A stretch of 64,000 nt of DNA from Polyangiales bacterium (GTDB lineage: Bacteria; Myxococcota_A; Polyangia; Polyangiales; Ga0077539): assembly GCA_044229975.1 (NCBI GenBank), contig JBGARZ010000021.1, forward strand, positions 64,001 through 128,000. Reading direction: 5' to 3'. The position numbers were made by a program, and so were the translations under genes. The notes below the pieces were generated by a model. It made no database searches and had not been told where the DNA came from. It worked only from the letters and a program-made list of their open reading frames with translations. How positions within the stretch are numbered: the first letter of the stretch is position 1; the number at the start of each line of letters is the position of its first letter. Shown one piece after another: positions 1-9,479 of this stretch.

Positions 1-3000
1 CTCCGCCCTGCGCCGCCCGCGCGAGGGCGATGGCATCGTCGACCGAGCCGTGGGCCGTCGTGATGAGACGCAACAGCGCGACCTCGTCCGACCAGGACGG
101 GAGCTCGCAGCTCCGGCGCGCGTCACGCAGCACCGAGAGCGCACCGCTGACGCCGGCGTGGGCGCCGAGGCGTTCGCGCCAGAGGGGGATGCGCTCGGCG
201 AGGGTGACCGCCGCCGCGTCGCTGCAATGAGCCGGACCGGCGGCCACGCTCGTCACTGCGCGACTGCGTTCGGCGTCGGTGGTGGTGCGGTCGTCGCCGT
301 CGATCTGTCGCGCGGCCTGTTGGGCGGCCTGCTCGCCGCCATGGGCTCTCTCGTCGACGGACGGTTGGGCCGCCGCAGGGTCGGTGGGTGCCTCGCTGGT
401 GTCGAGGTCGACCCCATCGCGGGAGCGATCGGCCTCGCGTCGGATCTCGTAGCGACGGTTGACCGCATGAGCGCGTGGTCTCGCGGCCGCTTCGGGCGCG
501 GGCGCCGCCACCACCGGGGCGGGCGCAGCGGGTGGCAGCGGGACCATCTGGGGCGCGATCAAACCACCCGGTACGACGGCCTCTGCCGCTGCCGGGGCCG
601 CAGCAGGCGAACCCCCCGCGGCCTCGCCGGCCATGCCTCCGATGGAGTCCCCGCCCTCCTCGTTGGCGACGCCGTTTCGCGCTTCGGTCTCGCGGCCGCG
701 GGTCTGTGCGAGTCGCGGGGCTGCCGACGTGCGGACGGGGCTGTCGCGACGACCGGCCGGTGCGTTGTTGGGCATCGGCGCGCTCTGTGGCGTGGGCGCG
801 ACGACAGAGGTCGGCGTCGTCACCGGAGGCGGTGCTGGTGGTTCGGCTGAAGCCAAGGAGGGCGCGTCGCTGCGCGAGCAGCCCACCAGCGGGATCAAAT
901 CGAAGATCGAGAAGTCCCTCACATCGCTGACGGCTGGCGGTGCCGCGTACTGGTCCTCGCCCGGCACGAACAACGACGTAAACGGCGTGATGAGGTGGTA
1001 GCGCGTGCCGAGCTCCACGATCGCCGCGCGTGGTTCGTCGCGCGCCAGCAGGTGCTCCAACCGTGCGCCCGCCCACCGCGCCCGCAGGTCGCCGCGGTCG
1101 GGGATCACCAGGCTGGAGAGCGTCACGGTGCTGGTGCGTTCGACGCCGTGCCACCGCGCGCGAACCGTCACCCGACTCGGGGGCTCTGCCACCGCGCGAC
1201 CGAGCACCTCCAGCGGTTCGCCCGCCGGGAGGTCGACGGCCTCCGTCGGGTACACCCGCTCGACCTCGGGCCCGAGGTCGGCGCGAAAGCCGCGCACCAG
1301 CGGCCGCGCCATGTGCGAGAGCAGCGTCATCGCGGTGCGCGCGACCTCCGACCGATCGACCACCCGCGCGGCCAATCCCGACGGCTCGGCGATGCCCGTC
1401 AGCAGGTCGAGCCGCGGCCCTTCGCCCATCGCCACGGCGTAGAACCTCGGCCTCGGCTGCATCCGCGCCAGCCTCGCGCGCAGCTCCGAGAGCTCCCGCT
1501 CGCCGACCGTTCCCCGACCGTCGCCGAGGTACACGATCGCGCCGTTGCGCTCGGGGTCGAGCGCGGCGTGCGCGGCCTCCACCATCGCCAGCAGGTCCGT
1601 CGCGCCGCCGAGGCGGTCACGCGCGAGGGCGTCGAGCGAGGCGTTGCGCGCCTCAGCGCTCGCAGCATCGAGTCGCATCACGGTCTTGCCCAGCGGGCGC
1701 ACGCCGACGTCGCCCGCCGCGACCAGCACCCGGTCGCGCGCCGTGAGCGACGAGGTCAGCGCGTCGACGAACGCCAACTGCAACGCCGCCGCATCGGACC
1801 CGGTGGCCGCCGAGTGGTCGGCGATGACCACCACATCGACGCCGTCATCGTGAGCCGCGCGCGCCGCTCGCTCCGGCGCCTGCACCGAGACGCGGATGAA
1901 GGCGCCGCGGTCGTTGCCCTGGGTCTCGCCCGGGCTGCGAAGGATGGTTCCGTCGGAGGGGGGCGCGCCGAGGAGGTCGAGCACGAAGTCCGCGGTCGGC
2001 GTGGTGTCGCTGCGGCGCAGGGTGAGGGTGGTGCCGTCGACGACGGTGCCGCTGCTGGCGCGCACCTCGCGGATGGCGGTGCGCGAGAGGTCCACCTCGG
2101 CGCGGAGCTCGCCGATGGAGGTCCCCACACCGGAGAGCGGCAGACGGTAGCTGCGACGACCATCGGGCGTCGGGTTGAGCCACTGGGTGTACGTGACGAG
2201 GATGCGCCGCGCGCTCCCCGCCACGACCGGGAAGAGCCGAGCGTGGTAGCGACCGGGCGCGTCCCACTCCAACAGCGCGGGGTCGAAGGGACTCCCCGCG
2301 TACACCTGCGCCTGGTACTGCGCGGCGGCCGAGGCGCGCTCCTGCACGATGGCGTCGACCATGTTGCCGCGGCGCTCGACCGCGAAGCGTTGCAGCACCG
2401 CCCCGTGCGGAACGGTCAACGTATACAGCCCCTCGACCGTGTCGGCCGACGGGTTGAAGAAGGTCTGCTCCAGCTCGGTCACCGCGAGGTCGCCCACCAC
2501 CGAGACCCGTGCGTCGACCCGCTGCAACACCAGCGGCCACCGCGGCCGACCCACGTCGTCGGGACGCCGCGCCGACACCGCGCCGAGCTCCGTCGCGCCC
2601 GCCGTCGAGACGCCCCGCGCCGTCGCGTCGGCGAGGCCGCCCGTCCAGTCGTCGAAGAGCCGCCGCGCTGCGACCGTCGCCTGATCGCCCCGCAGCGCGC
2701 CGTGCTCGCCCGTACGAACCACCCCCTGCCGGTCGCGCAGCGCCCAGGTCACCTCGCCCTCCAGCACGTCCACCTCGGCGCCGTCGCCCTCGCGCCGAAC
2801 GCTCGCCCGCGCCCCGTCCAGGCGCAGCGTCGTCACGCCCGCGCGCAGCGTCGCACCCGCGCCCCGCACGCTCGTCGCGCCGCGCTCGATCCACACGCGG
2901 CCGGTGTCGAGGGTGACCGTCCCGTCGTCGCCCACCCGCACGGCGCTGTCGTGGTCGAGCAGCAGCCGCTCGCCGTGGTCGAGCCCGAGCACCGCACGAC

Positions 3001-3217
3001 CCGAGGCGTCGGTGCGCACGAGCGCGCCTCGCTCGACGCGCAGCAGGTCTTCGACGGGGCGGGAGTGCGAGCCCTCCACGACGGTGATGCCGGCGCGCAC
3101 GCGCTCCACCTCGCCTACTGTCGGGACGATCGCGACGGACCGCCCAGGGCAACCGGTACCGAAGGCGGAGAGCGCGACGAGGCACGACGCCTGGAGGAAA
3201 AGAGAGCGTGAGCGCAT
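1..3217 (-). CDS. Large FecR-like + VIT + vWA domain protein (probable lipoprotein), 3' end runs off the window
   Basis: Not in the ORF track, consistent with no stop before base 1. Translated by hand from ATG 3217: MRSRSLFLQASCLVALSAFGTGC signal/lipobox-like start; FecR-like VRTDASGRAVLGLDHG...VDVLEGEV; VIT-like ELEQTFFNPSADTVEGLYTLTVPHGAVLQRF; vWA-like VVVIADHSAAT, GGATDL, IVYLGDG; then LITPFTSLFV and a Pro/Ala-rich linker. Confidence 0.8.
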   Translation of the reverse strand, partial: MRSRSLFLQASCLVALSAFGTGCPGRSVAIVPTVGEVERVRAGITVVEGSHSRPVEDLLRVERGALVRTDASGRAVLGLDHGERLLLDHDSAVRVGDDGTVTLDTGRVWIERGATSVRGAGATLRAGVTTLRLDGARASVRREGDGAEVDVLEGEVTWALRDRQGVVRTGEHGALRGDQATVAARRLFDDWTGGLADATARGVSTAGATELGAVSARRPDDVGRPRWPLVLQRVDARVSVVGDLAVTELEQTFFNPSADTVEGLYTLTVPHGAVLQRFAVERRGNMVDAIVQERASAAAQYQAQVYAGSPFDPALLEWDAPGRYHARLFPVVAGSARRILVTYTQWLNPTPDGRRSYRLPLSGVGTSIGELRAEVDLSRTAIREVRASSGTVVDGTTLTLRRSDTTPTADFVLDLLGAPPSDGTILRSPGETQGNDRGAFIRVSVQAPERAARAAHDDGVDVVVIADHSAATGSDAAALQLAFVDALTSSLTARDRVLVAAGDVGVRPLGKTVMRLDAASAEARNASLDALARDRLGGATDLLAMVEAAHAALDPERNGAIVYLGDGRGTVGERELSELRARLARMQPRPRFYAVAMGEGPRLDLLTGIAEPSGLAARVVDRSEVARTAMTLLSHMARPLVRGFRADLGPEVERVYPTEAVDLPAGEPLEVLGRAVAEPPSRVTVRARWHGVERTSTVTLSSLVIPDRGDLRARWAGARLEHLLARDEPRAAIVELGTRYHLITPFTSLFVPGEDQYAAPPAVSDVRDFSIFDLIPLVGCSRSDAPSLASAEPPAPPPVTTPTSVVAPTPQSAPMPNNAPAGRRDSPVRTSAAPRLAQTRGRETEARNGVANEEGGDSIGGMAGEAAGGSPAAAPAAAEAVVPGGLIAPQMVPLPPAAPAPVVAAPAPEAAARPRAHAVNRRYEIRREADRSRDGVDLDTSEAPTDPAAAQPSVDERAHGGEQAAQQAARQIDGDDRTTTDAERSRAVTSVAAGPAHCSDAAAVTLAERIPLWRERLGAHAGVSGALSVLRDARRSCELPSWSDEVALLRLITTAHGSVDDAIALARAAQGG

Positions 3218-3372
3218 GGGTTCCCCTGCGAGTGGATGGACTTCCGCCGCGCGCATCGTACGGCGCAGCCGCGCGGGATGACAGCAACGACACTCCGAGG
3301 CGGAGCGTCCTTTGATCGACGGGGTGCTGACACCGCCGCGCGTGATGGGTTTCGGCGCGCGGGCGATTCGCG

Positions 3373-5205
3373 CTACGGAGCCGGGGTCGGCGTCTCGGCG
3401 GGCGGCGGGGTCGGCGTCTCGGCAGGCGGCGTCGCGGGAGCCGGGGTCGTGGGCGGCGTCGCGGGCTCGGTGCGCGCGAAGGTCCACCGATACGCGAGGG
3501 TCATCGGCGCCGGAGGCGGGTTGCGGAAGGTCATTCCCCGCACGAGGCCCGACACACACTCGGCGACCGCGGGCGCCGCGGGGAGACCACGAACGGAGAT
3601 CTCGGAGGTGCGCCCGTCGGCGCCCACGACGCAGCTCACGATGAGCTCGCCCGCGAGCGTGGGGTTGTGCTCCGACGCCTGCTCGAAGCACGCGTGGACG
3701 TCGACGCGCCGGTCGCGGAGCTGCGCCTCCAGACGATCTTGCAGGGCACTCTCGTTGGGGGCCTCACCGGCATCGGCGCGGGCGGCGACCACGGGCGCCA
3801 CGGGTCCGGGTCGAACGACCGGGTTGGCGACCGGGTTGGCGACCGGCGTCACGACCGTCGGCGTCACGACCGTCGGCGCCGGGCCCGCGTCGGTCTCGGA
3901 GGGCGCGAACACCATCGCCGTCGTCCCACCCGCGTCCACCGTCACGTTGACGGCGACGGGCGCGGCGGTCTGGGCGTCGACGATCGCCGCGGTGCTCGGC
4001 AGGCTCGGTGGCAGCGGCTGGGTGGCGCTGCGGCGCAGGCCCATCGCGACGGCGAAGACCACGGCCGCACTCACCAGCGCGCCGACGAGCACGTACCCGA
4101 CCTGTCCCATGAGCCGCGACGGCGGCGCTTCGGGCAGCGAGGTCATCGATGGCTGGCTCGACGCGGGACCATCGAGCGTAAACGGCGTCTCGTCGCGGTG
4201 GATCTCCGCGTCGAGGTCGATGACCGGCGGGCGGCTGAGCGCACGCATCGGACGCAGGCTCGGCGACTCGAGCACCGGGAGCAGCTCGCTCAACGCCTCG
4301 TTGGCGTCGCGGAAGCGCTGGTCGGCCTCGCGCACCACGCACCGCGCGAACCACGCGTCGAAGCGCGGCGGCAGGAGGTGCCCGACGCCGTACTCCGCGG
4401 CGCGCACCGAGGCGGGCTCCAACGGCTGCATCAGCACCTCGGTGAGCTGCTGCATGATGGTCGAGCTCGGCGAGTTGGCGATGCGCCAGTAGACCTTGCC
4501 CGTGAGGAGGTTGAAGGCGATGAGCCCGAGCGCCCAGATGTCCGTCTGCGGCGCGATCTGACCGCTCAGGCCCGCCTGTTCGGGGGCCATCCAGCGCGGA
4601 GAGCCCACCGCCTGCGTGGCCGAGCCCTGCGTCGACGACTCCTGCACCAGCTTGGCGAGGCCGAAGTCGAGGATCTTCACCGTGAAGGGGATGCCCTCCC
4701 GCCGCGGCAGGGCGAGGAAGATGTTTTCGGGCTTGAGGTCGCGGTGCACGAGCCCCTCGCGGTGCGCGCCGCCGAGCCCGTGGCAGAGCTGACGAAACAT
4801 CTCCGCGACCTCGGGCTTCGTGAAGGTGCCGCGCTCGGCGAGGGCGGTCTTCATGTCGCTGCCCTGGAGGAGTTCCATGGCGATCCATGGGGTGTTGGTC
4901 TCCTCCTCGACGCCGGCCGTGACCATCTCGACGATGTGGTCGCTCTCCACCGCGGCGGTGGCCTGTGCCTCCTGGATGAAGCGCAGCCGCGTGCGGTCGT
5001 CGCCCTCGTACTGGGCGTGCATGATCTTCAGCGCGCGGCGCTTGCCGGTGGAGAGCTGCACCGCCTCGTAGACGGTGCCCATTCCCCCGGCGGCGATGCG
5101 CTGCACCACGCGGAAGTCCCTTCCGAAGATCGCGCCTGGTGCAAGCTGTTCGGCCATAGAAGAGGGAACCGTCCCGTCCGGCAAAGTCGTTAGCCCCGTC
5201 GACAC
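3373..5205 (-). CDS. Membrane Ser/Thr protein kinase with C-terminal AgmX/PglI (TonB_C-like) domain
   Basis: GGMGTVY, ALKIM, HRDLKPEN, DFG, MAPEQ motifs; TM helix VLVGALVSAAVVFAVAMGL; C-terminal CFEQASEHNPTLAGELIVSCVVGADGRT...CV. Alternative start ATG 5157. Confidence 0.9.
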   Translation of the reverse strand: MSTGLTTLPDGTVPSSMAEQLAPGAIFGRDFRVVQRIAAGGMGTVYEAVQLSTGKRRALKIMHAQYEGDDRTRLRFIQEAQATAAVESDHIVEMVTAGVEEETNTPWIAMELLQGSDMKTALAERGTFTKPEVAEMFRQLCHGLGGAHREGLVHRDLKPENIFLALPRREGIPFTVKILDFGLAKLVQESSTQGSATQAVGSPRWMAPEQAGLSGQIAPQTDIWALGLIAFNLLTGKVYWRIANSPSSTIMQQLTEVLMQPLEPASVRAAEYGVGHLLPPRFDAWFARCVVREADQRFRDANEALSELLPVLESPSLRPMRALSRPPVIDLDAEIHRDETPFTLDGPASSQPSMTSLPEAPPSRLMGQVGYVLVGALVSAAVVFAVAMGLRRSATQPLPPSLPSTAAIVDAQTAAPVAVNVTVDAGGTTAMVFAPSETDAGPAPTVVTPTVVTPVANPVANPVVRPGPVAPVVAARADAGEAPNESALQDRLEAQLRDRRVDVHACFEQASEHNPTLAGELIVSCVVGADGRTSEISVRGLPAAPAVAECVSGLVRGMTFRNPPPAPMTLAYRWTFARTEPATPPTTPAPATPPAETPTPPPAETPTPAP

Positions 5206-5334
5206 AACGCTGTCAACCGCGGCGTCGACGTGATGACTGGCGCCTCACGTCGGGCGCCGCCGACATCAGAACCCGCTGGCGCGCTGCCTCTTTGCTTGAC
5301 TTCACCCCGGCGGCTGCCCGACCAATCGAAGCCT

Positions 5335-6333
5335 ATGGTGGAGCACCGGTTTCTCCGTCGGGGACTCGCCGTCGTCGTCGCTGCGTCCGCCGCGCTCGCC
5401 GTGGTCGCGCCCTCCGTCGCCGACGCGCAAGACCGCTTCAACACCCGCGTCGGCCGGGTCACCAACGGGCTGTACCTCCGCAACAGCACCGTGCTGCGGG
5501 TCAACCCGCTGGGGCTCTTCAACGACCTCCGCGTGGGCTACCGCCACCGCATCTTCGACCGGCCCGACAACCCCATCGTGCTGCGCAACACCTACTGGGC
5601 GGCGGCGGGCAGCCTCGCGGTCTCGCCGGGCTTCGTGCGCGCCGGGGCCGCGGTGGAGTTCGCCCCGCTCGCGGTGCTCAACCTGTCGGCGGTGTTCGAG
5701 CGGGTGCAGTGGTTCGGCACCTTCAGCTTCGTGCAGTCGTACGACAACGCCAACGCCAACTTCTCCGACAGCGCCATCGCCAACCCCTCCATCGCGATGC
5801 GCGGCCCGCCCACCGCCGAGGCCGCGGGCGGTTGGATGCTCACCCTCCAGGGAATCCTCCAGGCGAAGGTCGGCGACCTCGCCATCCGCAACACCTTCCG
5901 GGGTGTCTGGAACTCCCTCTCCCTCACCAACAACCGCCCGGTCTTCTACGACAGCTTCTACGACGCGATGTCCCCCAACAACGGGTGGACGCTCACCAAC
6001 GACCTCGACCTCATCTATCAAAACACCGAGATGGGCTTCAACGTGGGCGTTCGCTTCACGGCGGTCGTCCCGCTCTACCGCACCGCCGACTGGGGCAACG
6101 ACGGGCAGGCGCAGCCCGGCTTCGGCGATCGCAATGGCCCCACGCTCCGGGTCGGTCCGCTCGTGTCGTACACGTTTCGCGAGGGGCGACACTCGTTCTT
6201 CAACGCGCCGACGGTCTTCGTGCTCGCGCAGTGGTGGGTCGCCCATCGCTACCGCACCGGCGGCTGCGACGAGTGCATCCCGGCGGGCCTCCCGATGATC
6301 GCGGTGGGCTTCGCCTTCCGCGGCGACACCTGA
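5335..6333 (+). CDS. Secreted hypothetical protein, probable outer-membrane beta-barrel
   Basis: Signal peptide ending ADA-Q; aromatic/Asn-rich alternating beta-strands; strong GC3 codon bias. Confidence 0.65.
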   Translation: MVEHRFLRRGLAVVVAASAALAVVAPSVADAQDRFNTRVGRVTNGLYLRNSTVLRVNPLGLFNDLRVGYRHRIFDRPDNPIVLRNTYWAAAGSLAVSPGFVRAGAAVEFAPLAVLNLSAVFERVQWFGTFSFVQSYDNANANFSDSAIANPSIAMRGPPTAEAAGGWMLTLQGILQAKVGDLAIRNTFRGVWNSLSLTNNRPVFYDSFYDAMSPNNGWTLTNDLDLIYQNTEMGFNVGVRFTAVVPLYRTADWGNDGQAQPGFGDRNGPTLRVGPLVSYTFREGRHSFFNAPTVFVLAQWWVAHRYRTGGCDECIPAGLPMIAVGFAFRGDT

Positions 6334-6357
6334 CGGCCGGGTGATAGAACCGTCCGT

Positions 6358-7398
6358 ATGACAACGGCGTGGCGGTTGATGCAGGGAGTGGCGCTGCTCG
6401 CGGGCTGCCACAACAGCGACGGGTTCGTGACGATTCCGCGCGATGCCGGCCCGACGCCCGCCGACGTTCGCGCGATGGACGTTCCCGCCACGCCGGTCGA
6501 CCGACCCGTGGTGGTCACCGACGTCCCGCTCGATGTTGGTGCGCCCGTCGACACCGGCCCCGTGGTGCTCGGTCCCGACCCGGTGGCCTTCACCGGAACG
6601 CTCCCCACCACCGTGGGTCGCAGCACCGGGCAGCTCACCATCGGCGGTCGCGCGCGGTCGATGCTCGTCTACCTCCCCACGACGCGTAGCGCGTCACCGC
6701 CGCTGCTGGTGCTCTTCCACGGCACCAACGACACCAACGACGCCGTCTTCTCGGAGAGCGCGGCGCAGCGCGTGGCCGACGCCAACGGCGTGGTGGTCAT
6801 CGCCCCGCAAGCGGTCGAGCAGACCGTCTCGGACTGGGATCACCCCGACTCGCAGGGCGTGTGGTGGCAGACCTATCCGAGCGTCAACCCCGACACCAAC
6901 GCCGACATCCTGCTGGTGCGCTCGATCCTCGTGGCGGCGCAGCGCGCGTACGCGGTCGACCCGACGCGCATCTACCTGCTGGGTCATTCCAACGGGGCGT
7001 TCTTCACGCAGCTCCTGGCCAACACCATCGGTGAGCGTGTTGCGGCGTGGGCGTCGAGCTCGGGCGGTCTGTGCAACTGCCCCACGCGCCCCGACTGCAC
7101 CTTCGTCGGCCGCGGAAGCTCCTGCGCCGACCTCGCCCGCCAGTCGGGGTGGTGCGCGTGTACGGGTCCCGACAAGCCGGGCCCCATCCGCACGACGGGG
7201 CGCCGCCCGCCCGCGTACGTCACCCACGGCTCCAACGACGACATCGTCTCGGTGAACTTCTCCTGCACGCTCGCGAGCCGTCTCGCGGCCGCGGGCTTCG
7301 AGGTCGAGACGGTGATCCGCGACAACGAGCAGCACGTCATGCCCGACGACTTTGCCGTCACCGTGTGGCCGTGGCTCTACCGCCACCGCCGCGACTGA
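6358..7398 (+). CDS. PHB-depolymerase/LpqC-like alpha/beta hydrolase lipoprotein
   Basis: Lipobox LLAGC; PLLVLFHG; VDPTRIYLLGHSNG (G-x-S-x-G nucleophile); HGSNDDIV; C-terminal His. Confidence 0.8.
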   Translation: MTTAWRLMQGVALLAGCHNSDGFVTIPRDAGPTPADVRAMDVPATPVDRPVVVTDVPLDVGAPVDTGPVVLGPDPVAFTGTLPTTVGRSTGQLTIGGRARSMLVYLPTTRSASPPLLVLFHGTNDTNDAVFSESAAQRVADANGVVVIAPQAVEQTVSDWDHPDSQGVWWQTYPSVNPDTNADILLVRSILVAAQRAYAVDPTRIYLLGHSNGAFFTQLLANTIGERVAAWASSSGGLCNCPTRPDCTFVGRGSSCADLARQSGWCACTGPDKPGPIRTTGRRPPAYVTHGSNDDIVSVNFSCTLASRLAAAGFEVETVIRDNEQHVMPDDFAVTVWPWLYRHRRD

Positions 7399-7414
7399 CG
7401 CATCCTTCCGCGTC

Positions 7415-8065
7415 ATGGACACCGCCTGGATCGCTGGAGCCACGGGGCTCGTCGGCTCGCAGCTCCTGACGCAACTGCTCGACGCTCCGCAGGTGAGCGC
7501 CGTCGTCTCGCTCGGTCGTCGGCCCACCGGGGTCACCCACCCGAAGCTCACCGAGCGCTCGGTGGACTTCGCCCACATCGACACGGCGGGTCTGCCCGCG
7601 CCGACGGTCGCGCTGTGCTGCCTCGGGAGCACCATCAAGAAGGCCGGCAGCAAGGAGGCCTTCCGCGCGATCGACCACGACGCGGTGGTCTCCTTTGCGA
7701 AGGCTGCGAAGGCTGCGGGCGCGACGCGCTTCCTGGTGGTGTCGTCGGAGGGCGCCGACGCGGGGTCGATGTTCTTCTACAACCGGGTGAAGGGCGAGGC
7801 GGAGGCGTCGTTGCGGGCGCTGGGTTTCGCGTCGCTGGCCATCGCGCGGCCGTCGCTGCTCCTGGGCGAACGCAGCGAGTCGAGGCCGGGGGAGCACGCG
7901 GCGGCGGCGGTGGCGCGCTTCCTGGCGCCGGTGATCAAGGGCATCGGGGCGCGGCCCATCGAGGACCACGTCGTGGCGCGGGCGCTGGTGGCGCTCACGC
8001 GCGATCCGCCGAAGGGCGCGGAGGTGATCCACTCGGGGCGCTTGCAGGAGCTCGGCGGGGGCTAG
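7415..8065 (+). CDS. NAD(P)-binding oxidoreductase, YraR/TIP30-like
   Basis: AGATGLVG Rossmann motif; CCLGSTIKKAGSKEAFRAIDHD; FYNRVKGEAE; RPSLLLGER. Confidence 0.88.
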   Translation: MDTAWIAGATGLVGSQLLTQLLDAPQVSAVVSLGRRPTGVTHPKLTERSVDFAHIDTAGLPAPTVALCCLGSTIKKAGSKEAFRAIDHDAVVSFAKAAKAAGATRFLVVSSEGADAGSMFFYNRVKGEAEASLRALGFASLAIARPSLLLGERSESRPGEHAAAAVARFLAPVIKGIGARPIEDHVVARALVALTRDPPKGAEVIHSGRLQELGGG

Positions 8066-9456
8066 TCGAGCAGGCGTTCGAGGCGGCCCGTCGCCGTGAG
8101 CAACTGCGCCCGGGAGAGCGCGAAGTTGAGCCGCGCGCGCACCACGGCGATGCGGGCCGAGGCGTCGGCGGCCTGCGCGTCGACGACCTCCAACAGCGTC
8201 CCGGCGCCGCCCTGGTAGCGGCCGGTCGCGAGTTCGAGGTTGGACGCCGTGCCCGCGGCGAGGCGCTCGGACTGCTCGACCTGGGCGCGCGCGGAGCGTG
8301 ACGCGACCGCGGCCTGCACGGCGGCTGTACGCACGGCGAGCGACTGCGCGTTGAGCGTCTCCTGCGCCGTGGCGACGGACGCATCGGCGACGTCGGCGGC
8401 CGCGGCGAGCGAGCGGTCGAACACCTGCCAGCTCAGGCTCAGACCCCCGGAGACGGTCTCCGAGACGCCGCCGAGGCTGCGGCCGGCGAGCACCTCGTTG
8501 TAGCCGACGCTCGCGTTGGCGTTGGCGGTGAGCGCCGGGCGGCGGTTGGCGTGCGCGAGGTCGGCCTGCGCCTGCGCCTGGGCGACGCGGTGCCTCGCGG
8601 CGGCAAACTCGGGTCGCGCGGCGACGGCCTCGGTCGCGGCGCGGGCGGGGTCGTCGTCGGCGGCGAGCGCCTCGTCGGGGAGGCGAACGATCTCGATGGG
8701 CACGGCCGGGTCGAGACCGAGGGACGCAGCGAGGGCGGCGCGATCGCTGGCGGCGCGGGCTTCGGCGATGGTGAGGTCGAGGCGTCCGGCGTCGAGGTCG
8801 ACCTGGGCGCGCACGGCCTCGTTGGGCCCCGCGGCGCCGGCCTCGACGCGGCCCTGGGCGATGCGGAGGCGGGCCTCGCGCTGGGTCACGGTGATGCGCG
8901 TGGTCTCGATGGCTTCGAGGTCGGCGAGCACGGTGAGGTACTGCGTGGCGGCCGACGAGAGGGCCTGGAGCGCGGCGGCGCGGGAGTCTTCGCGCAGGGC
9001 GTCGCGGGCGCGCTCGGAGGCGCGGACGTTGGCGGAGGTGCGACCGAAGTCGAAGAGGTTCCAGCGGGCGGCGGCGGTGGCGTCGATGTTGATGCTCGAC
9101 CCCTGGAGGCGCTGCGCGGGCGTGGTGTCGGTCGCCGGGAGAAAGGGCCGATCGGAGAAGCTGATGGATGGCGACGTGCTGACACCGAGGGTGGGGAGCC
9201 ATCCGGCGCGGGCCTGCTCGATCTGGGCGTTGGCGGCCGTGACCCGGGCGACCGCGGCGCGCACCGTGGGCGGCAGGCGCGCGGCGAGGCGGAGGGCCTC
9301 GACGAAGGTGACGGTGCGCTGCTCCTGCGCCGAAGCGACGGAGGGCAGGGCGAGGGTGAGGGCGAGGGCGAGGGCGAGGGGAGGGGTGCAGCGGCTCACG
9401 GTGGCGGCGACCCTAGCGCGTCGTGAAGGGGTGTGCGCGGGGTGGGTCGTCCGCAA
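8062..9456 (-). CDS. TolC-family outer membrane efflux protein
   Basis: QARAGWLPTL, WNLFDFG, ARPEFAAA, RYQGGAGTLLEVVDAQ outer-membrane efflux repeats; start codon uncertain. Confidence 0.85.
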   Translation of the reverse strand: MRTTHPAHTPSRRARVAATVSRCTPPLALALALTLALPSVASAQEQRTVTFVEALRLAARLPPTVRAAVARVTAANAQIEQARAGWLPTLGVSTSPSISFSDRPFLPATDTTPAQRLQGSSINIDATAAARWNLFDFGRTSANVRASERARDALREDSRAAALQALSSAATQYLTVLADLEAIETTRITVTQREARLRIAQGRVEAGAAGPNEAVRAQVDLDAGRLDLTIAEARAASDRAALAASLGLDPAVPIEIVRLPDEALAADDDPARAATEAVAARPEFAAARHRVAQAQAQADLAHANRRPALTANANASVGYNEVLAGRSLGGVSETVSGGLSLSWQVFDRSLAAAADVADASVATAQETLNAQSLAVRTAAVQAAVASRSARAQVEQSERLAAGTASNLELATGRYQGGAGTLLEVVDAQAADASARIAVVRARLNFALSRAQLLTATGRLERLLD

Positions 9457-9479
9457 GAAAGTTGACCGGAGCTCTCGCG

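Noticed and set aside
860..925. Internal lipobox-like LIPLVGC in the VIT protein, suggesting a second gene
   Set aside because: The frame is continuous with no stop, and no convincing RBS or start was seen
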